Of a DNA stretch of 64,000 bases, positions 1 through 13,174 are shown piece after piece. Source of the stretch: Phoronis australis (Eukaryota; Animalia; Phoronida). Position 1 is the stretch's first letter, and each line of letters starts with the position of its first letter. The stretch is taken from assembly GCA_002633005.1 (NCBI GenBank), contig NMRA01000439.1:186001-250000 (forward strand), read 5' to 3'. The translations under genes were made by a program, and so were the position numbers. A model generated the notes under the pieces. That model saw only the letters and a program-made list of their open reading frames with translations. It ran no database searches and had not been told where the DNA came from.

Positions 1-528
1 GCCCCTCGTTCGCACGGTTCCGTGAATACCAGATCCTAGCGAAGTCGCTTAATGATAGAACAGTCATATCAGCGGTCAGGTCCACACGGAACATAATCCA
101 CTCGCCGTCCACCGACGCATCAAACCGTACCGCCGGCAGAGTTTTATACACCACTTCCTGCTGTTGGGCTGTCGTTTGTGTACCGGGTAATCGTGTTCCT
201 GTAATAGTTCCATATTTCTTACATATGTTACGTGTATCTTGTGACGATTTGGAATGTTAATAACCACCACCTTCCTTACAAGCAATAGTTACAATAAATT
301 GCGAGACTGACGACTAACTGATATCACTCCTTTGATGGAAGACCCGCAAAGCGGTCGTCCTAAACCTGTTACTATACTACTTAAGTGTTGGAATTAACAT
401 CTTGTAGCAAGTCATATAGAACTGATTTAGGAAAAAATACAGTTCCCTCCCCAGTGCCAGTGAGACAAAGTTTGTTATATATTTCGTCTGCTCATGACAC
501 CTAAAACCATTTTCTATTTTTTGATATA

Positions 529-810
529 GACACATACATATCTAAGATCTCGCCCAGTTTGTTACATGTCACGTCCTTCGGATTCTGATGTTGGTATCGG
601 TTTAATGTGATTTTTACTGTCTAGCCTCTTTGTTAAACGCCTTGACATTCTTGTATTTTTCATTTTCTTTTTTTTACTATACACATACATATCTAAGATG
701 ATGGGTCTCACCTAGTCTGTTACATGTCACATCATTGGGATACTGGTGTTGGGATTGGCTTAATGTGAATTTTACTGTCTAGCCTCTTTGTTAAACGCCT
801 TGACATTCCT
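529..810 (+). repeat. Tandem duplication of a ~125-150-bp unit
   Basis: acacatacatatctaagat...ttgttaaacgccttgacattc occurs at 529-650 and 681-808. Confidence 0.85.
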
Positions 811-1199
811 GTGACTACACCCCTGGCTTTTTAGAACTTTATAGTCTTCAAGGGAAAGGATGGTCATTGTTGTGGGGAATTGGATTCTAAAATGGATCCA
901 GGCCCCTCAAGGACTGCACCCTTTGTAACTTGGTGTACAAAACGTTAGCGTTATGCTCACATTTAGGAGTTCACCTTGCTTACAAAACTTTTTATTGGCC
1001 ACAGTTCCTAAGCATGAAGCAATTCAAATTCACCGTTTTTAGTTGTTTAGATGTGCCATTATACATTAAATACATGGAATCTTGTTTCTGGTATTTGAGT
1101 TTGCTTGCTTACTGTCTGTTATAACCAACAATCCATCACAAACTACCAGTCTCCTACACTTCTACAGTCCCCTCAAGCAGGCTGCTATATTTGCGCCAA

Positions 1200-1345
1200 C
1201 ACCGAATCCATTCTGGAATAATTATTTAAACACTTATACACAAATCAAGTCCTACCTGACTCAAGGGTCAAGCAGTGAGGTCCAGTGGCATTTGAACCCA
1301 TGATCTTGAAAACGGCAGGCAGACACTTGGCACAGTGAGGCGACT
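1200..1345 (-). mobile_element. Degenerate tRNA-derived SINE
   Basis: Minus-strand B box GGTTCAAATGCC followed by TGACCCTTGAG, typical of SINE cores. Confidence 0.45.
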
Positions 1346-4300
1346 TGGCCTACCTCTTCAGGTGCTTTCTTTTCTGTGTCATACTGAGCACTTAATAGAT
1401 ATCCAGTTGATCAAGAAAACGTTGAATAAAATAATGCCCAGGGTGCTAGTTCACCTTTCTTCGAAAATTTATCACCCTAAAACACCAGAAATTCCAATTC
1501 ACCTTGTCAGGTCCATCAATCACTGAGAACAAATATTGAAGTTTCTGAATAACAGGAACCTGGTGTTTGGTGTCGATGGTGGCGGAGAACCTGTTTGTAG
1601 ATGTTTTTCCCTGTGAAAAGCTCACATTTGGTGAAAACGCTAAACCAATGCCAAAAGGCAGCAAGTTACTGACACTACCATAATGAGTTAGCTTTTCTAG
1701 AAGCCCATGGTTCTCAAAAATGTGGGCAGATGTGTATACCCTTTCTGTAATTGAGAAGCATGTTGACTAAATCATTTTGAGATACCCCAAAATCTTGACA
1801 GACTGTCAAAAGACTAGCATTGCTATGTTTGTATTTTTTTCGTATGGACCACTTGGTAACTAAGAAGATGAATTCTCAATGTAAAATTCAATACAGTCTA
1901 AACCATAAAAACCTTTGGAAGATTAAGTAAAATCTGTTCTCTCATTGGTCACAGAACCAAGGATTGAGAGCCGTCACAAAGGACATTTGTGAACGTGGCC
2001 AGAATTTTAAGAATGGCACACGGGCCGTTACAGATTCAAATGTCATTTCCCTGTCTTGACTGTAATCAAATAATTAATTTGTATATGACAAATCTCAGAC
2101 CACTTAACAACTTGTTCAGTGATCTGAGAACACATTTACTGTGGGGACAATTTATTATTTTAGAATTATGAATTACCAAGAACTCGGAAATAACAAAGGT
2201 TTGTGGTTTAAGCCAAGAACAATGTAGTAAATAATGATGAAAGTTGGTTTTACCATTTTCCAACCTCTAGAAACCTCTTCCATACTGGAAAATAAGTTAT
2301 AGAACACAGTGGTGGTGATACAAGCACTAATAACTACAACAGAGTGAAACCATGGTACACATTTTGTACAAATCTTGTAACTGTTTTTAGTTTCTTCCCT
2401 ACCGTGGTTGTGCATCAGTCTGTGACAATTGTGACATCAAAGCCCAGATATTACTCAATGCTTGTGGATGTTTTACATTATGCAACTATCGTAACATTCT
2501 CTCTATTGTGAGTTTTACATTCGCAGCAATGTGTGTTCTAACGAGAGCTCTGCAGCTGTATTATTTGGGGGTTTCATCTACTGCACTGCAATGTGGGAAG
2601 ACTGTTGACTCCTTGCAGTGAACCTGTGCTTTCAATGTTGGTTTGCTCGGGTGACGAGTTGTGTTCCGTCGTATATCTGTGATGGCGTACATTTCCCACA
2701 ATGCATTTGAAAAACAACTGGTCTACTGTAGATGAAATCCCACAAGTCTTTGCTAGTTTGCTCACGTGAAAGTTATGCTTGAATGTGTATGTCACTTTTT
2801 TGTTTTGAGGTCTGTCCACTTAGGCAACTTCTTTCCAACATTTCACCTACATTCCTTGTTGCAACTCCATGTTGTAGAAATGTTGGTGTAAATGAGATTT
2901 CCAACATGGAAAGCAGTGTGAACTGATGGGGCTACCATAATTGTAAATATCACATTAATAAATAATAAATAATATTGAAAAACAATTGTCAGGTCACATT
3001 TTGTTGAGAGTTCAAGTTGCATATCGTAAACGTTGCTGAATGTGTTCAGAGGAGTCTTGTTTTGCTACATTGTGACAATGTCAGACTGATACTGTTTATT
3101 AACCCAGTCTATGTCATCTTTCCAGTCTTCGTTGCTTATAGCAAAAGTCAAAGTTCCCAATATGTTAACTTGTTGGCTATGTTTACTCAGGGCATGTAGC
3201 AAATTGTTGGAAATTTTTTGAGAAATGTTGCACAGCTGTATGTATTCCTTACTTTACTTATTTTCAGTGGAATTCTTAGGATATTGTAGCAATCAGATGT
3301 AGGTTCATATGTTTTGTCTTGTCCCCCTCCCCTCTATCACCAGCTGTTCCCTCACCTGATCGCTTTTAGACCATTTGTATCCACCTGTTGGTGAAGTGCT
3401 TTTGTTTTGTGTAGATTGTTTTGTATTATATTTTGTTTTGTATTACATTTTGTTTTGAAATTACCTGGAGATGGACATTACAACTTGAGCATTCATTCAT
3501 TCATTCGTTCTTCAAACATTTATCAGATTGTTCAAAATTCATTTGACATTAAAATTGGTATCAACTCGTTCAATTGTTCCAGTGCACTGATCTGGTTCAG
3601 AAATTGGCAGGACTGGATACCATTCATAAATAGTGATTGGTGACATCCTTGTGATAAAATTCTCATTGGAATTCTGTTGTAATGGTGTCAATAAAGTTGA
3701 TGTAAGTACATGCTCTATCAGAGAAACTGAAAATTTTTGATTGAGTTCTCTTACCACTAAAAATGATCTCTAAACTTTTTACCTTACTTTTATCAGAAGT
3801 GATTTCTGGGGTCTGTCTCATGAAAAGTTACTTTGACAGAAATTTGATCTTGCACTCCACACTTTTTCTTAAAAATAATGAAATCTCACTGAGAATATGC
3901 ACACAACTGCGAGTTATGGAGAAAATTTACATTTAAGTTATTGCTAGACTGTGATGCGCACTTGGCTATTGAGCAACTGTGACCTGGGATAGTAAAACCA
4001 TGAAACAGACCCCTGGGCTTCGAACACATCGACAGTTGGTTATTACTGGAAACCCTGCTGGGCACCAACATCTGTCAGTGATGACCCGTCAGTATTTAAC
4101 GTCTGAATGAAATTTGTTCAGTGTATCTATGTTGTGTTATTTTAATGATGTTGGAAATGAAAATAAAATGATTAAATCACAGATCTTTTTATTAAATTCC
4201 AAGTCTATTATACAATATAGCACCTTTAGTTCTTTTTAAATGACAACAGCACATTTGTTTGTAAAGTCAAGTGTTTTCAGGCCACTGAACTTCTTTGAGG

Positions 4301-5340
4301 TTTTGCATGATTAGCAACCTTTCAGAACTACAAATTCTATGGCTAATTTTTTTTGCTCCTGGCGTATTTGCAGCAGTCGGGTCCTTTACCTACGTGGTTG
4401 GGACAACTTAATGGTTTTGTCAATCTTTTGTCTGAAGTCTGAGAAGCAGCTTAAGGTCAGTTTGGCACAATGAGCTCGGGCAGTGAACTGCAAGCATCGT
4501 TTTTATGACAATTTTACCGTGGTCTGTTGAGCCTCGATGCTATTAGGTCAACGAAAAATTTGTCTTGTCTGGTACAAGGCATGCAACCTAAGCAGAAGAC
4601 TTATAGACTACAACCATGTGGCAGCTACTTGGAGGAAATTTACCCATCATATCAGACATTAGTAATAAGTTTTTTTCATGCCGTCAGTTATCGTTTCCAA
4701 ACTTATCCCGAAAAAATGTGTCATGGAAAAGTAATATTCACTTACGTCCTATAACGATCCAGAAGATAGTTATAGAAAAGTTTGAAAGAAAATCCTTTTA
4801 CACAGATACTAATAAATGACTATGTTGCTTTTAACTTCAAAGTTATAAGTAGCATTATTAGAGAATCGGAATTTAGCAAAATATCTATAAAATGAAAGAT
4901 TTAACTGCCTAGTGGGTAAAAGTACACTTTTCTTAAAGTTGAGAGCATGGAGAATCTGAATTTCAAGTTTATACCAATACGCTAATGAGTAAAAAAAATA
5001 GAGTACAAGTGACCTGATGCCTTTTGCGCTACATCAGGGATGTGTATTCCGGAAGGCTGGGCCCATTACATTAATCACCTGATTATGACTCATGGGGACC
5101 TGACATCAGTTTCCTCATGGGTAAAATCTTCTAATCTGCCTGTTTGTTTCACGGGACCATGCTTGGTAAAATAGCAAAAAAGAAAAGTACATTCAGAATA
5201 AAACAATGGTATCAATAAGATGTAAATATTCAAGATGGAATCTCAAAAAACATTATTTAATTCAAAATTTTCATAAATATCACAAATCCTAAATATTCGA
5301 TAGCACCTCACGAATAAATGAAAGATTTTGAAAAAGTGCG

Positions 5341-5963
5341 TCATGCTGAGTTAACACGCGAGTGTCGAAAATCCTTTAGTGTAGGACGCCTCCGTGGAAA
5401 GCCCCCTCTGGTGGGTATGCGACTCAGTGATTTCAGTGAAAGGTTTGGAAGAGGGGAAACACTGTCTCGTGACCCAAATAATTCATCAAGATCGTTTCCC
5501 TCATCAGACACTGTTGGCACAATATTGCAATTGATGTCTGCATTTTTGTCAGCACTTTTATCAGAATTTATCACATTCGGTTTTCTTTCAGACTTCACAT
5601 CCATCTTCATATCGGAATCTACTTCTGCTTTTCCACTAGGTTTCACGTCTGCCCATATTTCAGAATTAACGTCTGCCTTGCTAGTCACTGTTCGCCTCTT
5701 CCTCTCGTGATTGACAGATGGGCAGGACTCGTGTTTGCGAAGTCCTTGCGACGTACGGACTGGTGACTCTAGCGATTCAGACAGACTATTTTTACGGGAT
5801 TTACTCGAGACCGTCTTTGGTTTGACATCATCATCAGGTTTCAGTAATCCACTGACGTCTGCTGTCTTCTGGTGTTCTTTGCTTTTAGGAGGTTCCGGTG
5901 GATGTTGGACACCGTCACCTCTTTCTAGGACTGTGACTTGGTCTACCTCAAGATTATTCACAC
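5341..5963 (-). CDS. Gene A last coding exon: disordered basic/Ser-rich tail with SRIP motif
   Basis: ttttcag acceptor at 5964-5965, ORF 5341..5961, TGA stop. Confidence 0.88.
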
Positions 5964-6467
5964 CTGAAAAAATGAATTACCGCTAAGAGTGAACTGAGAA
6001 AAGAAGACATAGTTTAGAACATTCCTGACACCACATGGATGGTTTTTAAGACACTGTACACTTTTCAACTGGGGGCAAAGCGTTTGGAATTATATTGAAA
6101 TAATTTGCCAAAATCAATATTTTCTTCAAAGATTGTCTGTACGGTTGCATACAAGGAAAAATTTACTAAGTGTTGTGTTCTGACCGTTGTATAATACAAA
6201 TTATGCTAATTATGTAGAGAAACTCAGGAAAAGGAAATTCCATGTGTCAACAATATTGTGAACTTAATTGGTGAAGACCTTGCCAAGGGAACCCAATGAG
6301 AAACCTACCATGCAATCTGTAACTTGTGATGTTCAGGGATATTTGTTCATAGTACGGTAGGATAATTGCAAAGAGTTTTAAGTCAACCCAAGATTTCAGA
6401 TTTAGCTCTCATGAGCATCTGTGGTTACGAATAACCGTATTATCTAGTACGAAAAAGCACCCATTAC

Positions 6468-6526
6468 CTCCAGAATTTCCACTGGAGTCCACGGGTACAT
6501 CTTTGCCTGTCTTCATGTCACTCAAC
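6468..6526 (-). CDS. Gene A short exon (LSDMKTGKDVPVDSSGNSG)
   Basis: ttgtag acceptor, G|GTAATG donor. Phase 2->1 reconciles the flanking exons exactly. Confidence 0.8.
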
Positions 6527-8158
6527 CTACAAAAGATGACAAAAGGTTCTCAAGATCAATGCAGAGCGAAACTTAACTTCTGTAGTCTATAACAAGAGTG
6601 GAGTAACATTTCAATGATAGACTTTGGGAAAGTAATAGAAGCTGATTGCATGGAACCGGTGACTTGTATCGCCACCTAGCTGTACCAAGATGTACTTCTT
6701 CTTTGCAGTGGGTGGCACTGGAGAACAGTTTAACTTCGTGAAAGACGCTTTTACAGTGCATGCAATTAGACATGATGCATTTAAAGTTTAATAGAATTGC
6801 CTTCTCATTCTGGAGATGTACTGGTGCCTGGTCCCTTGTGATCAATTGCTCCTGACTGAACTTGGCGATTTGTACGTAGCGGTTTCTACCTTTCAGCAAA
6901 AGTATTATAGCTGTCATATGAATGGACTGTTTCGAAGAGTGAATAATATTAAGCTTGCTAAGATTACTGATCAGTCTGCGTATTTTGAAAAATATCATAA
7001 ACTATAAATTTAAACCAATCAAAGTATTATTTTCTGGAAATAGAGACAGTAGAATTTGATTTTTGACTTTTTACTAGTCAGCTGTTGATTCAATCCCATG
7101 ACCAAGTCTTTTCATTAAAATTTTTCATTAAAATTTAATGAAAAAGAAATGATAGCAAAACAATGGTATCAATGACAAGATCAAATTCTATTTCACATAT
7201 TAAAAATCTTCAAGATGAGATTTCACAAACACTGTTGCACTTTCATACCACTTTAGATTTTTTCATCAAAATCATATTTTTGATTGGCCCTCATGCAAAA
7301 ATGGAACACTTGCATAATTACACAAAAATAATGGCTAAGTCACGAAAGCTGGAACTTACATGGACGTGAGAATTTTTGTATAAAAAAGTGACAATTGTCT
7401 TATTTTATTCATTTAATTAGCCACGAAGTCAGTCAGGACTTAAGTTCTTTTAAGCCCGGCCTGTAGCCCGAGAGACTCAACACAATACAAAAGGATGGCC
7501 ACTACCATAAACCAGCTACTTTTCTGACTCGTGATATGAGTTACAAATTGCAATGTTATTATAAATTCCTTATGGTGACAAGTCTGAGTATTTGAAATAA
7601 GGTGTGATACGCATAACGTTACATCAAAAATGATAATCATACACAGTCAATAAAAAATTGATATCTGGTATCAAATACAGAGACTCTTGAACCAACATGA
7701 ATGTTTGGTGTTTTTAATTGTCATAATAGTTGAATAACAAAGTAACAAGATTTTTTAACTTTCAAGATATTAAACGTAGCAATCAGTGATTTCGTGTTTA
7801 CCAGCACTTTGAACCGCAGTATATTCAGCACGGTAAGTGGATTGGAAATCAGTACAAATCTCACCCCATTTTGGGCTTTGAAAGGATAAGTGGTCTGCAT
7901 AAAGACTTAGAATTTTGCAGGTGGTTGTAAATCATGCATGGGTGTCCTTCACAAACAATAGGTAGTTTGAAATTGACATGCAAGGTCAGTAAAAGTAGTT
8001 CTTTGTGAATCCTGCTCTTAGTCATACAAATGTCCCAGTTGGACTGTGTAACTAAACACAGCTCAACAACACGTTTATGGTCCTGGCTGAGAAGATAATT
8101 GTTTTATTACCCCCTACGCAAAGCTGAATAGCCAAGCCCGGAATGCATAGTAATCTAC

Positions 8159-8304
8159 CTTCTCTCATACTGTTGGGATGTGACAACCCTCAGCTGCTCT
8201 TGAAGATCATCTATCTCATGGTCTTTGGCTTGAATTACATCCAGCAGCTTGTGCAGTTCATTCCTCATGTGGATCAACTCGCTGCTTACGTCATCTAAGG
8301 ATTG
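8159..8304 (-). CDS. Gene A coiled-coil exon (QSLDDVSSELIHMRNELHKLLDVIQAKDHEIDDLQEQLRVVTSQQYER)
   Basis: tcttag acceptor, AG|GTAGAT donor, phase 0->2. Absent from the ORF track but open. Confidence 0.85.
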
Positions 8305-8630
8305 CTAAGAACGATAAGAAATTAAGACAATTTATTCACTCCATTTTAGAGATGCGGGAAATCTTGTATGTGAAGGAGAACAGATGGTAATATTTTAAAG
8401 TTAAGAAATAAAATGACATGTCAAATAGCAAACTGGTTATCTATGCTCGGCACCTTTTGAAACAGTGAGGTTGTTACCTCTGTAGAAAATGACACCAGTA
8501 GGGGACAATGCTGCAAGCTTTTCTAAACAAACAAGGAATTGCTGATGACAAGAAATTTGTAACACATTTCTAATAAAAATGTCAAACGTAAAAATCTATG
8601 CAAAGCTAAGTAAATTTACCATTTACTTAC

Positions 8631-8710
8631 TTTAAGCTGCTTTTCTAATTCACATGCATCTCTGCAGTGGTTATTATCACAATTTTGAGTTTTTACTGCT
8701 TCAGTCTCTT
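8631..8710 (-). CDS. Gene A candidate cassette exon (ETEAVKTQNCDNNHCRDACELEKQLK)
   Basis: ctttag acceptor and GTAAGT donor. Phase 1->0, in frame only with the 9552 alternative donor. Confidence 0.6.
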
Positions 8711-9409
8711 CTAAAGAACAGACTCTAAACTAATTGAAAATTTTCACAATACTCCAGTCAGGTAACACAAGTCAAGAACAGTCTGCACAGGTACACGTCA
8801 AAATGCATTGTGAGGGGAGAGACCAGAAATCAAGACACCTGAAGCTCACACGAACCATTGTTTCTATTCAGATAATGCTCAGTACTATTCAACCATGTAT
8901 ACAATCAGGAGCTTGAGGGTGGCATTATACTTGTCCAAGATCTGAACACCAGAGTAAGCTTTAGTGTGATGAGTAGTCAATGAATGATTAAAGACAATTA
9001 ACCGAAACGTCGATTAATATAATGTCTTTGTTTACACATGCGTTGATTTTAAAGTCTGTGCTAATATTTTGGCGAAAAACAAATGTGATAAACTAATTGC
9101 TATATAGTTGTCACTTATCGTTCCAGTCCAGTTCACTATGTGTTCTGCAGACACAACTGGTGACTTTCAGGCAAAGATTTGAGCAACTCATTATAATAGT
9201 TACACTGTATTCCCCTTTTCTGCTCAGATGAATATTATGCTCTGTTATAGCCATAGTTTTGGTCTAGTCAAGAGAATACAAAACTCAATCACATGGCTAC
9301 TTAAGTATGGCACAAATCTTGTAAAACGTGGAATTTGTGTCTTTTTGTCCTGTCATGCCTGGAAGTCATGAAATCTTACCATACTTTCAACTACTCAACT
9401 GAAATTAAT

Positions 9410-9551
9410 CTGGTCCTGCTCCTTACTCTACCCATCCTATCAATCACTAAACTGTAATAACCTAGTCCCGCCCCTTACTCCACCCATCCTATCAATCACA
9501 TAACTATATTTAACCTAGTCCCACTTCTAACTCCACCCACCCTTCAATCAC
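9410..9551. repeat. Minisatellite, ~3 x 52-55-bp units abutting a gene A splice donor
   Basis: Repeated actccacccatcctatcaatcac...aacctagtccc. Confidence 0.8.
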
Positions 9552-9555
9552 CCAC

Positions 9556-9712
9556 CTGTAGTTTCTGTGTCTTTGGCTCCTTTCTCTCCTCTTCCAGTTC
9601 TTCCTTGAGAGAGATAAGCATTGCATCCTGCTTCTTGTCGGTCAGTTTGGAGCCTTCAACCTCATCACTCAAATGTTTGATGTGTCTTCTCAGCTCTTCA
9701 ACTTCAGGGTCA
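9556..9712 (-). CDS. Gene A coiled-coil exon (DPEVEELRRHIKHL...TQKLQ)
   Basis: ttgcag acceptor, CAG|GTGGGT donor. A second donor lies 4 nt further on (exon end 9552). Confidence 0.87.
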
Positions 9713-10048
9713 CTGCAACACAGAATGTTCACCACTTTAATCGACTAGATAGGCTTGACTAATTTAACTGTTTTTCACTGTCTATCAGATACTGGATGTT
9801 TCAAAAGACTAGACCAGGTAAAGTTGACTGACTATTTATCACCCAAGAGGTTTTTAAAGCTTGACCATCTTGAAAAGGACAACATACACATTTTCAGGAA
9901 TAGTTTTTCCAAACCACACATCAGAAGTGACTTGCTATGCATTTCTAATGGCAGATGTGCAAACATATCACAACAATGTCACAGTAAATTATGATATAGA
10001 GCAGGAGCAACACCTATTAACTTGATTATGGACATAAAGACGACAAAC

Positions 10049-12524
10049 CTTGGTTTCCGCACTATGCTTCCGGTAGACTCTCTCCTGATTATGTCAGACC
10101 ACGGGTCATCTTCACATGGATCAATTGTGATGACAGGTACACTCAGGTGTCCTGAATCTCTCCTCACACCATTGTCCTTAAACTTTTCCAAAGAAATCAT
10201 AAGAACCTCATTTTCCTTCTGCAATTTCATTAATTTATCCATTAGGTCACTCACTTCCATTTTGTCTTTCTTCAATGCATCTATTTCCTCAAGATATCTC
10301 TCATTAGCTGACTTAACTTCTTGGAGAGTTTTCTGGAGCTCAGAAGTTTCTGCATTCTTCTCTTTGGCACTAGACAATGCTGAGGTAAGGTGGGCATTTT
10401 CTTCTTTCAACTTGACAACTTCATCCTGCAGCGTTGCAGACTCCACTTCATTGTTCTGGAGACTCATCAAAGCAGCAAACAGCTCATTCTTTTCCTTTTC
10501 CAGTTCAGAGATAATATGTTCCAAGTTGATGCTGTACAACTCTGTGTTTTGAGACTTGATTAGCGCTTCAGACAACCCAGACTTCTCCTTCTCCAACTGA
10601 TCTACTTGAGCACGAAGACTCGTGATGTCTGTTTCTGCACTTTCTAACCGAGCAGCCTGTAAGCAGAGATCCTTTTTCTCATTCTCCAGCATCTTCACCT
10701 TCTCTTGCAGTTTTGACACGTCAAGCACATTACTCTGTAAGCTGCCTAAAAGCTCAGTGAGATTCCCACGCTCCTCTTCTACACAGATTAGTCTTTGCTC
10801 CATTTCAGCTATGACCTTTTCCTTTTTCTCCATGTTGGACTTACAACGCTCTTCCAGTTCCCTCTTTTCTCCTTCAAAACTAGCAATGGTATCCTGAAGT
10901 TGCAGGTTTTCCAACTCTTTACTCTGGGAAGAGTTCAAAGCAAGGGAAAGCTGTTCATTCTTTTCATCTTCTAACTGATCTATCTTCTGCTGCATTTCTG
11001 AGTGATACTTTTCCTTGTTTAGCACCATTTTATTGACCTTCAACTTTAAACCTTCTTTCTCCTTTTCAAGAACTGTTATTGTTTCTCTCAAGCTCATATT
11101 CTCCATTTCCTTTCTCTGAAAAGTTGTCAGAGCCAATGTAATTTTTATTTTCTCTTGTTCCATATCCGATAACCTCTTTTTCATTTCTGACACCCTTTGT
11201 TCTTTCAACTGTGATACCTTCTCCCACTCTTTTTCCATATTTCTCTTCTCTTTTTCTAAATTGATTAATTTTTCCCGGAGAGTGTCACTTTGAGATTCTT
11301 TCCTCTTCATATCAGTTAATCCAAACACAAGATCTCTATTTTCATTTTCCAATGATGCCAGTTTCTTTTTCAAGTCTGTTATGCACTTTTCCTTGAGATG
11401 CAAATTTTCAGCTGCATATTGTTTACACTCTTCAATTTGATTTACTAAGTTAGACATTTGCTCCTCTAGATCTGAATTTTTCTGTTGTAATATTTCAACA
11501 TTTTCAACCTGAAGTTCTAGACTTTTCTTCTCATTCTCAATATTTTTCAACTTCTCTCCCATTTTAGCTTCTACAATTTCTTTATCCTTGACAGCTTTGC
11601 CTAATTGTAGACGTAAGTCTTCCTCCTCCTTCTCTAACCTTGTAATGTTCTGCTTTAGATTATTATTTACAGATTCTTGTTGATGCAACTTGCCCATTGT
11701 TAACACAAGTTGGCCTTTCTCTTCTTCCATCCGTGACATTTTGAGCTGCATCTCAGAAACCTCTGTTCCATGTCTATCTACAGTTTTATCATAATCTGAC
11801 TTCAACTCTTGCTTCTCAACCTTCAATTTATCGATTGTTTCGTTCAAGAGGGGAATCTGCAAATTCATATTCTGAGAATCAGTCAAAGCAGATTGCAGTT
11901 CATCGATTTCATTCTCCAAGACAGATAGCTGTTGCTTGGCAAGTAGTAATTCCTGCTCCTTGTTTTTCAATGCATTGATTTCATCGTTCAGAATTTTCTT
12001 GTCCTTTTCCAACCTTTGTACTGCTTCAATCAGTTTCTCAACATTTTGCTCTTTGCTCCGAAGCTCTCTCAAAGCTGAAGACATATCTTCCTTTTCCCTT
12101 TCTCCATTTGCCAACCTCCTCTCCAACTGCTCACAGAGGGCAGCTCTGCTGCTCAGCTCATTCACAGATGAAGACAGGTCCCCATTTTCAACTTCCAATG
12201 TTCTCAATCTTTGTTTCAGCTCCTCCAGTTCTTTGTCCTTTGACTTAGCATCTGCAACACTAACTATCAGATCTTTCTTCTCTCTCTCTACCTCGATCAC
12301 TCTTTGTTGTAGACGTATTATTACCTCATCCTTGTTCCTGGAAGACTTAAGTGAAGATGACAACTCCAGTCTGTCGTTTTCGAGTTCAGAAATCCTCTGT
12401 CGCAACTGAGGAATTATATTTTCCTTATTCTTCAATGCAATAATGGTAGACAGAAGGTCCCTTTTCTCACTTTCTAAACCCTCCACTGTTTCGTGAAGTT
12501 TGTCCATTTCTCTTTTCTTCTTTT
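10049..12524 (-). CDS. Gene A giant 2476-nt exon: ~825 aa of 31/32-residue coiled-coil repeats
   Basis: Core of the 899-aa ORF 9979..12678. Acceptor ttttcag at 12525, donor AG|GTTTGT at 10048, phase 1->2. Confidence 0.93.
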
Positions 12525-12983
12525 CTGAAAATGCAAAACATTTATAAATGGTAAACAGATTAGGGAGCTCATAAAATACAGGTTGCCATGATTCTTCTGA
12601 CATACCTAAACATGGTACTAGATAGAGAAAATAAATATATTGGAGTGTCCATTCACAGTTAGGTGTTGGAAATAACAAATTTTCTTATTCCACTTGGTGA
12701 ATTAATAAGTCCCCATAAGTGACTGAACTAGAATTCACTGGCCTGACTATGGATTTGAGAAAGAAAGTTGGCCTACTAATGAGCTCTCTGGGGAACTGTT
12801 AGGTGTGTGGAGGGGAATCGAAACTTCGGCTTTGTAGTACAAAACCTACAAAATTATGGCTTGAACTCCACAATAATGAAATTTTTGAAATGCTGCCCGT
12901 AAATCTAGTTTTGAACTCGTTAATTTCACCCCCCTCCCCCAGGTACAAGGCTGTCTTTGCATGAACAGGTCACCCATTCCTAC

Positions 12984-13174
12984 CTAGTTCTTCCTGAAGA
13001 CTCTCACTGCTGCGCAGTTCAGCTAACTTAGTCTGCTGACTCAGTTGATGCACAAGCAGGTCATTCATTAGCTTCAACTGCTCATTCTCTTCTTTCACAT
13101 CGCTGCAGTTCCCATGGTGACAGGGTTCGAGGGAGTCGTCATGGAAACTTCCATCACCTCTGTTGTCAGATGTT
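12984..13174 (-). CDS. Gene A exon (TSDNRGDGSFHDDS...ESLQEEL)
   Basis: ttgtag acceptor, G|GTAGGA donor, phase 2->1, open frame. Confidence 0.85.

Noticed and set aside
1-375. GC-richer segment with AATAAA as an LTR end
   Set aside because: No partner LTR, PBS/PPT or coding domain is visible in the window.
10022-12409. Plus-strand Ser/Phe-rich ORFs (10022, 10622, 11936; also 5318 and 5711)
   Set aside because: Antisense shadows of gene A's Glu/Lys-rich exons.
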